A stretch of 64,000 bases of DNA from Lingula anatina (Eukaryota > Animalia > Brachiopoda), in contig CM120648.1 of NCBI GenBank assembly GCA_051362555.1, positions 8,056,587 to 8,120,586 of the forward strand, read 5' to 3'. The notes under the pieces are model-generated. The model searched no databases, was not told the origin of the DNA, and saw only the letters and a program-made list of their open reading frames with translations. The translations under genes were made by a program, and so were the position numbers. Positions 11,596-22,758 of the stretch are shown here, one piece after another; position 1 is the stretch's first letter, and each line of letters starts with the position of its first letter.

Positions 11596-12960
11596 GTATA
11601 ACAAAACCTATTCAACAACATTTGGTTATCATCAAACCTATATTTTCATCATGTAGAATTTACTAATGTGATAATCATTAACTTAAAGATCATAATGCAA
11701 AAAAAAGGGGGGGGGGAAGAGATTCCAAGGCCTAATTTTTCAACACAATATGAAGCTAAACTTTCTGGTATTTTAAAGAATTCTTAAACATTAAAATTGT
11801 CTTAATTTGATCTGAATGATGTAAAATTATACAGTTATAAACTATTATCCTTTCACCAAAAATCTTTTACTGCACAGAGGTGATTGTGAAATTTTTTCCC
11901 AGAAGAAATAATTACAGGTTATTATTAACTTAACTTATGCTTAATACTGCCACTGGGTATTTCCTAAACCATTGACAAGTCAGAAAGTCGTGATGTTATC
12001 AGGGAGGCCTTTACAGGCTTAGTCACTGCACAGGTGAAACAGTAGCATCAACATGTACATAAATCATTTCATCAACAAGCTGCTTCACACTCCTGTCCTT
12101 GACATAATTGATATCTGCAGCACCTTATATTACATGTAATTTTTATGTAATGACCCCAATGTGGAATCAACATGGGACTTTCAAAGATCATTCTTTATTT
12201 AAATATCAAATATCAAGAAGCAGTATCAATACTACGACAGGGTTTGGAAATTCAAACAGGACTAATATCTAAATACAGTAGAATTAACTAAGTCTACCAA
12301 CACCAATCATTTGTGAAAGGGCATTCATTAATATATGGATACAGTGCAGAACAATGCGCCAAATCAAAATTTCACTTGCAGGCATTTTGGAAAACTTCTG
12401 AGGAAATATTTCCTGTTAACATCTCTAAGATCCACCAACACAGTCTGTATTTTGAACACAATAACAGGATATATCACTGAATAAAAACAAGTAAGGATCA
12501 TAAGCTTCATTAGTGTTCATCACGCACTTCCCATCACTAATTTATGACTGAATGGGAATTATAGCACATGTTCACACTAGGTATAGATGGATCACTTTGG
12601 AACCGATCTTTATGAGTGTAAGGCATAATCTATTGATCTCTGATATATAATTATGCTGTAGAAGTGTCCAGTAATTAAGCATCATCTACTCTCACTTACA
12701 AAATCTCCATCAAATAAAGATCTGTCCAGCGATGTAGCTTGGGAAAGTGTGAATTCTCCTTCATTATGATTGATTGTCCAAATAAGTGCTGCATGTACAG
12801 CTTTATTGATTTTCAATAATTCTGTATGTTAATGCCCCTTCTGGATTAATTATTGCAGTATTGTACTTTTTACTTATCAAATGCCACATTAACGCCAACG
12901 TACCAGTAGTCATATTAACAATTCATACACAAAGTTTTAACGTGATATTTACACATAGAT

Positions 12961-13128
12961 CAGGGGCGGATTTAGGCCGTCTTCTGGGTCTTCTGGAAGA
13001 CGGTCAGATTTTCAAGTTTACATTGTCAGCCATCTAATGTTTTCTGTCGGAAGACGGTCAAAAATGGAAGATGGATCAACAAAGATAATTTGGAAGACTG
13101 TCAGAAAATATCTCTGGATCCGCCCCTG
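12961..13128. mobile_element. MITE family C with CAGGGGCGGAT TIRs (other copies 19501-19562 partial, 57145-57312 reverse)
   Basis: 11-bp perfect TIR, TAGAT direct repeat on both flanks, three homologous copies. Confidence 0.85.
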
Positions 13129-14151
13129 TAGATCACAGTATAACCATATCCAATTTTGCAGCAGACATTTTGATTTAAGGAAGGGAATAAAATTTAAAGT
13201 GTCATTCCTCAGTTAATTATTTTAGATAACATTCAATCATAATATTCTTAAATTAATTAATTGATCAATTTGAACTGTATAAGGATCTCACCTTATGTGC
13301 CAATAAAAAAAATCTACAAAGATATATTAGAATTTTAAAGTAATCAAATTTAATATCTATCATAATGGTTATTGAATGGGGATATTAAAATTGAAAAATA
13401 CTGCATGAATTCCTTAACAACCATTACATACAAATTAAAGAAACCCACTGTTATTTTATCTACTTGATCACTAACAAATTCAGCTTAAAAATGACACTGT
13501 CACCATTCTGTCAATTTTTAATTCTTTTGTTTTGAAGAGATCACCATTATACCTTTCATAGAAAAAAATCTCATGGAGATAACTTGTGTACTTTTTTACC
13601 AACACCAGGCTTATTAGTTTGAAACAAATTTTCAGCAACTAAAGCTCCATTCATTTGAATGTGTACTAAGTAGAAAGCTCACATTTTCACACCCTGTGGA
13701 AATCTGAACTCTTTTACTCCACTTTTTTTCTATTAGTTGCCCATGCTCTTCTATAATTGATGAAACAGTATTTTTCACAGAAATACCAATATGACAGCAG
13801 TATGCTGGGTTTAGTCAAGCACTATGCTGTACAAAACAGGTTCTTGTTATAAAACAATATTTTTTGATTCAAATGTTGGTTTACAAAAAACAGATCAGCC
13901 ACATCCCTACCTTAACAAAAAATATCATTAAGTACTAATTCCAGGAATTTAGCAAGTTACCTAAATAAAAAATACCACATCTTTTTAATCCAATGCAGAT
14001 GTCATCTTTTTTTATGAAACTGAAAGGTGAAATTTTGTGCCAATAAAATTTTGTGCCAATAAACATTTAGAAGATTAATGATAAAATAAACCCAAAGACA
14101 AGAAATAACAACAAATAACTAAAAGAGTGAAGAAACAAAATTGACATCTAC

Positions 14152-14270
14152 CTGAAACTTCGGAATGACATGGCAGATTTCCATCTTCTTGGAAGCCTCA
14201 TTGAGTCAGACTTCTTTTTCTTTCTTCCTAAAATGTCTCTTAAACTCCTCAAACTGAACGAATTAATCAT
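14152..14270 (-). CDS. RAP1GAP: Candidate alternative first coding exon (MINSFSLRSLRDILGRKKKKSDSMRLPRRWKSAMSFRSFR), polybasic
   Basis: ATG with an upstream in-frame stop, 39 codons + 2 nt, CAG/GTAGAT donor, phase 2. Confidence 0.65.
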
Positions 14271-14841
14271 ACTGCTGACGTTGTCGTTGGCGTTGTCTAA
14301 GAGTATGAACAAGTGACTGGAGACTCAGTTCTTACATTTAAGGATATATATACATACACGTATTCAAAAAGCCCTAAGTGTCTTATACCCCAGAGAATGC
14401 GTCACAGTTGACATCCGAATCAAGGGAGATTGAGAGTATGTCCGCCTATGCAGCTCACGTCATAACATCTGATAATAGTCACTACACCTTTATAATCCTC
14501 CAAATCTCTATCTCTTCTTTCTTAAGCTAGTCAAAGAAAAACCTTGCAGAAGCTATGCAGTTCCGTCAAAGTGCTGTCACTCAACCAAATCTCCAACACT
14601 CATCTCTCAGTGTCTGACAGTATTGTCGCATCCAATCATGATCAATAATTCAGCATTAATCCTCCTCCGGAAAAAAGGTTCGTCTAATCAGACCGAAGCG
14701 CTGCTAATGAGAGCCATGCATTAAAGATTGCAGTGTGGAATACTACATGCAATGTTCAATAATCCTTCCTATTCAGAGTTCTCTTTTAGGACGAGCTAAG
14801 CCAGTACCCAAGTTGACTGTTATCCAAGTTCACTGGATGTG

Positions 14842-15345
14842 CACCTGCGAGTGTCCAGACTTTAAGTGATCCCAGCCCCGAAAAACACCTGCTTTTAAAT
14901 GCCCCCCTTCTCCCTGAGGGGTCAGTCTGTGTCAAGGTAACCCAGCTGGACAAAGCCAGTGTCACTCATTAATCTTAATGAGCGGCACAGCTCTAATGTC
15001 ACCTGGCCAATTAAACCCTGTTAAGGTGACAGACGGACCAATTTGGATTAACTGACCCACTCAGGTGTGACCTCTCATTAAGTCATGAGCAATGCACAGG
15101 TAACTTTGAATTGTCTATAACACTCATTCAACAGTTTGTCTATTAAGTCCTGGTCATTGTCTGTCTATCCAGGTACACTGTCCACCCTTCTCTTCTTACC
15201 TTGTTTCGTCTTGACCATCAATCTAGATTTTAAACTGTCCCAAACACAGGTGCCACATTAGCCCATGGCCAGGTGAGAAACTGATCAAAGTTTGAATAAA
15301 AACTGACCCACACAGGTGTTCGGACATCTTGTTGGAACACACCTG
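14842..15345. promoter_or_regulatory. Homotypic CAGGTG/CACCTG E-box cluster upstream of the 14270 first exon
   Basis: Eight exact sites, at 14842, 14886, 15000, 15062, 15247, 15270, 15313 and 15340. Confidence 0.4.
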
Positions 15346-16354
15346 TCTCTTAGACAATATTACACATATTGGTATTACCCTTGGATTTCTCACCTATAGA
15401 AATGTTTGTCCCATAACATCTAATCTTTCAAAATGTATCTGTCCTCTTGTGTTTCCAATGCATTTTGATGCATCAGTGATATTTTATGTGCACAAAGGTA
15501 TATCTGTGTGTCTAATAAATGTGACAGTCCTCTTGCTCCTCTGTTGCAGAGATACAGCTCTGAAGTCCTATGTAATGTTATGTTGCAATGCTAGCACAAA
15601 GTGGTCACTTCATAAAACATCTGAGACCACAATGCACATCAACTTTTTTTTAATACCATATTACTCATACCGTTCCACAGTTGAGTCACAATTATTTTAA
15701 CACTATGCCACAGAAGAACTCAATCAAATATTTGATTGGTATGGAACCAGCTGAGCATGGCTTACTTATTAAATTAATTAATTAGTGTCATTGCTGTCTC
15801 ACTTCTCAAAAGTCAGTCATCTGATGTTGTTACTGTTTTTATTAACCTAATATTTAAGTAAACTTGATTACTAGTTTCCTGTTATCACTGTATTTTTAGA
15901 GGTAAAAGCATTAAACATGGTGTTATTACTTGGCAGAAAAATTCATGTGGTTGCGTCAGTCACGTCACCTCTCCTGACTCATCAGACAACAGCAGTGGAT
16001 CTGCTCAAGGATTAAAAATTCTAATATCATCGATTTTATGCAGTATCAATAGCAGCAAACCAACTGACATGACTAGTTTCTACACAAGTTATTACAAGGA
16101 GTTAGCAAATATTGCAATAAGGTGACATGCTTGGATTGGGTGCATAAATTGTCCAAGTGAACCTCACTTCTTGTTTATTATGCTGCGTTGAGGGTTATGT
16201 GCTCTCTCTCTCTCTCTCTCTCTTTTTTTTTTTTTTTTTTTTTTTTTGGAATCTTGCTATTGTTTGTACAGATGTGTTGAGTAGTCTTAATGATCAGTTA
16301 ATGTTTGTCTTTTTACATAACAAATCTTACTGATGGACGCTCTTTTTTTTTTTT

Positions 16355-16675
16355 GCTTCAGTCTGTATTTCTATTTGTCACTAGTGTCACTCAAAAAGAT
16401 ATGGATGAATTTTGATGAATTTTTCAGAATAGGTCAGAAATGATTAGATTTTGATAATGATTCAATGATTAATTAACTGTTATAGAAAATTATCTCTCTG
16501 TTTGTCTGTAATGCAAAAAGTTATGAAGGGATTTTGATAATAATACTCAGGAAAGGTCAAAAATGGACTTGGTTTAATTAATCAATTAGTTTACTAATTG
16601 ATAGATAATTTATACTAATGAGGAATTGAGCTGCCTTGGCAAAGGTTTACACTCTCTGAGTGCTCTTCCTCGGTT
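16355..16675 (+). mobile_element. HINE/Helentron-like non-autonomous relic
   Basis: 3' end ccttggcaaaggt plus a cactctctgagtg hairpin followed by TT. Duplicated attttgat core. Confidence 0.45.
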
Positions 16676-17249
16676 ATAATTGAACTTTTAGGCCATGCAG
16701 GCTGACTGCAGTCAGACTTCATACTATATGATCAGTATGAAGCATCTATGAAAAATTTATGACTATTCTCAATTGAGACTTGAGTCTGTTATCAATTAAG
16801 CTGGTATCATAGTATGTCCTGGATCAGCATGCATCAAATAGCTTATTCAACATTTAAGGAAACCTGCAAGGGAAATTATTGTGAAACTTGTAAGTCTCTT
16901 GGGATAATATTGAGAATTTGCCATTAAATTACAGCAATTAACGCCTTCATCAATTCAACACTTCACGTGTATCCTGAACTTGTCATGAAAATTTATGAAG
17001 ACTTAGTAAAATATCTTGTCCACTAACAATAAGACCAATAAACCAACTACTAAGACATAATATCTCCTTTGGAGGGGCAGTTTAGTTCCAAAGTAGGTAT
17101 CACTGTTTATATAATATTATATGTTCCAAAGTAGGTATCACTGTATATATGTTGTAAATTTCACTGATGTGCCTTGTTACAGCTGGGAGTTTATAATAAT
17201 CTTTGATTCCTTTCAAAGATGACCTATCTGTCACATCTAATAGATAGCC

Positions 17250-17565
17250 AGGTGTCACCTTAGTTCAGACTCTAAACTAGTCAATCAAGATCTGTTGTTT
17301 CCTATCTGTTATCTATGGTCCATTTAATAGGTGACACCTGTCATATCAGTTGTTTGTCAGGTGTCACCCACCTAGCTGAGCCAAGACTCTCCTGACATGA
17401 GTAAGATCTACACAGATAATGTATTGATAAGCATCTGTTTACAGCAAGTCACCACCATAACGACTGTCCGATGTCAGGGTGTCACATAGGTGTCATCAAG
17501 TGTCACCTTAATTTAAATGCTACCAGAAGGTGCTCCTTGGTTGCAATCAGCACCATGAGGTGGCA
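17250..17565. promoter_or_regulatory. Homotypic AGGTGTCA (T-box-like) cluster, candidate enhancer
   Basis: Exact sites at 17250, 17332 (reverse), 17359 and 17488. One-mismatch sites at 17329, 17477, 17498 and 17558. Confidence 0.4.
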
Positions 17566-20500
17566 CCCCAAACTTTATTGTTACCTGGCTTAATTAAAGA
17601 CAAGAAAAGTAACTGAAGAGGCAGGGAGGAGGGAGTCTTTAAGTGAAAGGCATTTCCTATGGAGTCTTGTAAGATGTCCAATAGGAAATTGGACCAAAAT
17701 CCTATTGGGTACTATAAGACAAACATGCATCACCAAGATGCGTATCCCATTGCATGTGTCATTCTGTTAAGCTGATTGCACTTAGCAAGAGTCCCCGCAG
17801 AGTTGGGTCGATCGATGTAGACCGATGTTGCCTATGGGAATGGGGTCTTAGGCATGGCACTTGAAATGCAATGTAATTCAGAATAATCAAATTTAAAATA
17901 CTGCGTTAATGAAATGAAATGTGGTAGTACAGCCAGAAGCGCTGAATTTCTCTTGGTAATGGCTCAATAATTAATGTGAGACAATTTGACCGGAAATAAT
18001 TGCCTAATTTACCAAAGTGTTTATATAAGTGTAAATAAAATGAGATGTGACCAAAAAATATCAGATGTAACATCAAGTTCTTGGTCAGTTGAGTTAAAAT
18101 TAATACTCAGAATATAGTAAAAAAAATCACTGGATTTTCTTTTCACCTTTATGAAATATATATAAATGTAGAGACATAGCAAATATAATAAAATAGAATA
18201 AAATAATAACAATCTAAATCTTTATGAACTATTTCACAATGAACATCTTATAAAATATCTCAGAGTGCATGGCATTTATTGAATTCATAGCCAATATGTG
18301 CAATATAACTGAGTATAATAATCCTTAATTTTATGTGACAGAGTGAAGATGCTCAGCTGTTAGCAACAGATGTTTATTTATCTAATGTGTAGCCTGAAGA
18401 GACACCAGTGCTTCTGACTCCCAACAATTCACATGTCAACATTCTTGTCTAATTAATTCAGGTGAGTGGTTCTCATGATGTCCAATGTCCATGTAAAGAG
18501 GCCAATGTGTTTCTTGTTTTCTTCTGGGGGCATGATTTTCACTACTAGTAATTAGATTTTAGAAATTCTGAGAATGCGTGTGTGTGTGCATGTGTGCATG
18601 TGTGTGTGTGTGTGTGTGTGTGTAAGGATGTATGTGTGTACCTAAATATAATGGACCTGTTACAAGCCTGTAGCCAGCATTTGAAAAATAGGAAAAGGTG
18701 GTACTTTTTATGAAAAAGTGGACCTTTGTCAACCTATAATGCCAGAATGGCCTAGAACCTAGATCATACAATTATAATAAAAAAATCTGACCATCAATCT
18801 TTTTACCACTGTTCACTTATGACCAACATGGTTGGATATCTTAATTAATCAGACTGATGCCAGTGTAAGTCATCACTCGTTGAACACTGGGCTATTTTTT
18901 ACTTCAGAGTAGATCATTTCGGACCAAGAGCATTTCTTTTAACCCCTGCCCCCCCCCCCCCCCCAAAAAAAAAAGACCTTGCCTTTAGACCTGTGTTAAG
19001 ATGTTATTTTTATTTAATTTCCATTTCTATCAGTAATTTGCAGTGTTTTGATTTCTTTTCATATCATTCCATTCTTTATTAATTACCTTATCTTAAAAAT
19101 AATTAAATCTCAAATTAACAACCTGGTAAGTGGATGATGAAAAACACACCAGTTTAACAGAAACATGTGCCAAAAGGTGAATAATGTCTTCATCATTTGA
19201 TAGTCCTCTTTTCTAATATCAAATCTTTCATTATGACTGCCTGCGTAACAAAGATAATAAAAAAGTATTACCAGGCGATTTTAATTTATGTCTCATTAAC
19301 TAAAATGAAATTTTATTACTTGGTATTTATTTTCACAGTTTTTCAATCAAAATCTTCCAAAAAATAAGTTGCATGTCAAATATGATTAAAGACATTATTA
19401 TTACTTTTCCATCTTTGCACGTTTCTCATTTCTCTACTGGAATTATCTTGTCTCCTGAACACTGTTGCCTGCTTAGCACGTGTAATGTGCATCACATGAC
19501 CAGGGGCGGATTGAGGCCGTCTTCTGGGTCTTCCGGAAGACGCTCAGATTTTCAAGTTTACAAGTTTTAAAATGTGCCTTTATATTGTACCAAAGCTAAG
19601 GTGCTTAACTAGTCATTATTGTTTTTAAAATTTAGTGAGACTCATAAATGATAATTGCCATAAGTCATTTCAGCCGTCAGAACTCCCTAGAGCCATAATA
19701 ATATATTTTCCATTAGCCATTAACATTAATTCAGCACTCCTTGAGGCACAAAATGGCAGATATTGATAAAAAGCAACCTACTTAAAAAAAGACAGTTTAC
19801 ACCCACTCCAGTCATTATCAGATTCAGATAAAAAAATTTCTTTTGCACTGTAAGTCACTGTGAAAATGTCCTGGTGTGAGCCAAGATTGTACCAGGGCTG
19901 AATCAGGTTTTTTCCAAATGTAAACTAGCCTTAATTGTTATTGAAAACTACACAACCATGGTAAACTGAATTTGCTATGCTGTATCCTACTGAAACACTA
20001 TTTGCTCTCAAAGTCATGAGTTTGAAAAAGACAATGGATCGCTTTCAATCCAAATATTAGATACCAGACGACTTTGAATGTAAGCTAATACACGCCAGGC
20101 CATAAGTTAACATAATAGTTATGTTCACCTTCCAGCTGAAAAACTGACAAACTTAAAACTGCAGTCAAATCGATAACAAAATGTTAACTAAATGGCACAT
20201 CTGTTGCTACACCGTATAATCCCATCAATTCCTTATCAAAAACATCTTCGACAATTTTCTAAATATTGCAATATAAATGCAGCAGACAAGCCTTAGATTT
20301 GCTTCCGTTTTCACTGTAATATCTGTGTATCCCTTTAAGAACAGCAACCACACGAAATTGTTATTTTTACCTCTTTAGAAAGACAAATAAATGGATCGCG
20401 TGTTTAACAGGACACAAATCGCCATGGACAAAAAAGCATCGATTTACTAAAAAATTGTTTTCATCACCTCAATTTCCATTCCCAGGTAAGTCAAATAACA

Positions 20501-20614
20501 TAATCCCCAGACATTAACATTGTACATTTCCCCCATTTCCTACTAATTTGTGAAATATAAGATAACCTCACGGCTTCCAATTTCCTTATATCTCTTATGA
20601 GATGATACAAGTAA

Positions 20615-20842
20615 AACACCCCATTTCCATAGATTTTTAGATCGATCTATCCCTGCGGGGAGTCTCACTAGATTACTGTCAGCTTGGCCGGCTTAAGCAT
20701 CTGTCCTGCCTACTAAAAGCTGTAAGGGGGTAATTAACTATGGTGCCCGCTTGGCTGACTGCAATTTAGCATGAACCCCCAGGGAGTTAGGTCGATCTAA
20801 AACTTAATCTTTAGATCGATCTAAATCTCTGGGAAAGCACCC
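20615..20842. mobile_element. MITE family A copy (TAGATCGATCTA subterminal palindromes)
   Basis: Reverse-complement homolog of 45342-45556 and 55090-55304. Confidence 0.85.
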
Positions 20843-21015
20843 ATATACTCTAGCAACGCACACTATTGAATTCAAACTTACCTTCAATTGAACTTGAAGT
20901 GTATATGAAAATGCATGCAGGGGTGTGTGCATATATGTATGTATGTGTGTGTGCATGTACGTGTGTACGTGTGTGGAATTGTATATGTTTGTGTGCATGT
21001 GCACCTGTTTTTTTT

Positions 21016-21064
<49 letters not shown>

Positions 21065-21462
21065 ATTCCAAACCTTAAGCTTTTATGTCAATCACTTATA
21101 CAAATAAAAGATTTACTAAGAAAAATAACAGAATAAAAAAGGAAGTAAACAAAACTTTTAATCAAAAACCATTGAACCATTGTTTTTATCTGAATTTCAT
21201 ATTTTATATTTTGTGTCAACTGAAACTTCTGTTATAAGAGGCATTTATATATAAGGTGTCATATTTAAATGTGCTGACATGATCACTAGGGTTCTGAAGG
21301 GGTATGTCTTTACTAGGTGAAAAATTGCTTTCCTTTTGGGCCCAGGGATTCAATTTGGTGAAAATGTCTTATACAAGATGCAATCTCTTCTGAGTAGAAT
21401 ATTGCTAAATTAATGTAAGGCTAATAGGCTAATGAATAAGTAGAAAAATCAAAGTTCCTTAC

Positions 21463-21495
21463 CTGTAGTTTCGTAACGTCAACGGGGCATCACAC
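21463..21495 (-). CDS. RAP1GAP: 33-nt exon (xCDAPLTLRNYR), middle of the LIM-like finger
   Basis: TTGTCATTGCAG acceptor and CAG/GTAAGG donor, phase 2->2. Joined to 8764 it reads CDAPLTLRNYRRQGMDGNVYCEKH. Confidence 0.75.
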
Positions 21496-22018
21496 CTGCA
21501 ATGACAAGGAACAAATTTATTAACAAAAACGAAATCAAAAAAATTTCAAAGACTGTGTTATCATCTTTTTAATTTCAAACAACCATTTTTTGAGCACTTC
21601 ATTCATTGTTTTTCACTATTCTGCTGAAAAGAAATTGTAAAAAAATTCTACATTTAAATAGGTAAATATATACATAAAATGTCAAGTGATAACCACAAGT
21701 TTCTTCATTTCTTTATCATTTGCCTGAAATTTAAACATGAAAAGGACAAGGATACACTTTTATATGCTCACAGAGAAGAACACTGATAATAAAGTATAAG
21801 TTATGAAATGGAGTCAGTTAATAGGGATGTAATTCAATACACCCCTTCCTAGCTACACACCTAGCTGTCTACCTGTTATCATCTCTGACTTATGTTAGTC
21901 ATCTCCTCATACATAAACACAGTCCACCAAATACATTTACCTTTATAAGACTAAGATATATAAAATATTTTAAAAATATTAATTTCTTAGAAAAAAAAGC
22001 ATTATAAGGGTGGTATAA

Positions 22019-22277
22019 GGCTTCGTTCACATGCAATGTCTATTTTCTATTTTCTATTTTCTATTTTCGGTATGTCTTATGATCACGGTCTGTGCACTGA
22101 ATATCCCGCCGCGTAATTACTGGCAGCGCGAGCCAGTTACTTATAGTAACTTATAGTAACTGGCTCGCGCTGCCAGTAATTACGCCGCGGGATATTCAGT
22201 GCACAGACCGTGATCATAAGACATACCGAAAATAGAAAATAGAAAATAGAAAATAGACATTGCATGTGAACGAAGCC
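22019..22277. mobile_element. Palindromic Harbinger/Tourist-like MITE
   Basis: 123-bp arms (22019-22141 / 22155-22277) with one mismatch, TAA TSDs, GGCTTCGTTCACA termini. Confidence 0.9.
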
Positions 22278-22413
22278 TAAAACTCTATACATGGTTGGTT
22301 TACATTCTAGAGAAAGATGAAGAAGAAGAAGAAAGAGAGGAAGAGAGAAAGGGGGGGACACATAAGAGGGATTGGGAAGTAATTAAAGAGTTGGAGGGTC
22401 AAAGGTCCATATC

Positions 22414-22576
22414 CATATATATATAAACTTTCAAGGCAACAGACTCCTATAAGACCACTACATATATATCCACTTTTTTCCAGTATTAAACTTACATATA
22501 TATATAAACTTTCAAGGCAACAGACTCCTATAAGACCACTACATATATATCCACTTTTTTCCAGTATTAAACTTAC
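22414..22576. repeat. 81-bp tandem duplication covering the donor of exon 22577-22758
   Basis: Two identical units, each ending in acttac (22495 and 22576). Confidence 0.92.
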
Positions 22577-22758
22577 TCTGTGGTTGCACTAACAGACATA
22601 GACCTCCTACGCAACCCTTTAATTCTAAAAATATCAAATCCAATGCTGCCCTGCAAGCTGTTGCATCTTTTTCTTCCTATTATTCTATCTAAAACACCAG
22701 ATGGCAGCAGGGGTGGGCTTGACACTTGGCCATTAGGACTCCACATCTTTTTGGACAT
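22577..22758 (-). CDS. RAP1GAP: Candidate alternative first coding exon (MSKKMWSPNG...IIGRKRCNSLQGSIGFDIFRIKGLRRRSMSVSATTE)
   Basis: 60 codons + 2 nt, GTAAGT donor, phase 2, upstream in-frame stop. Carries basophilic kinase motifs. Confidence 0.65.
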
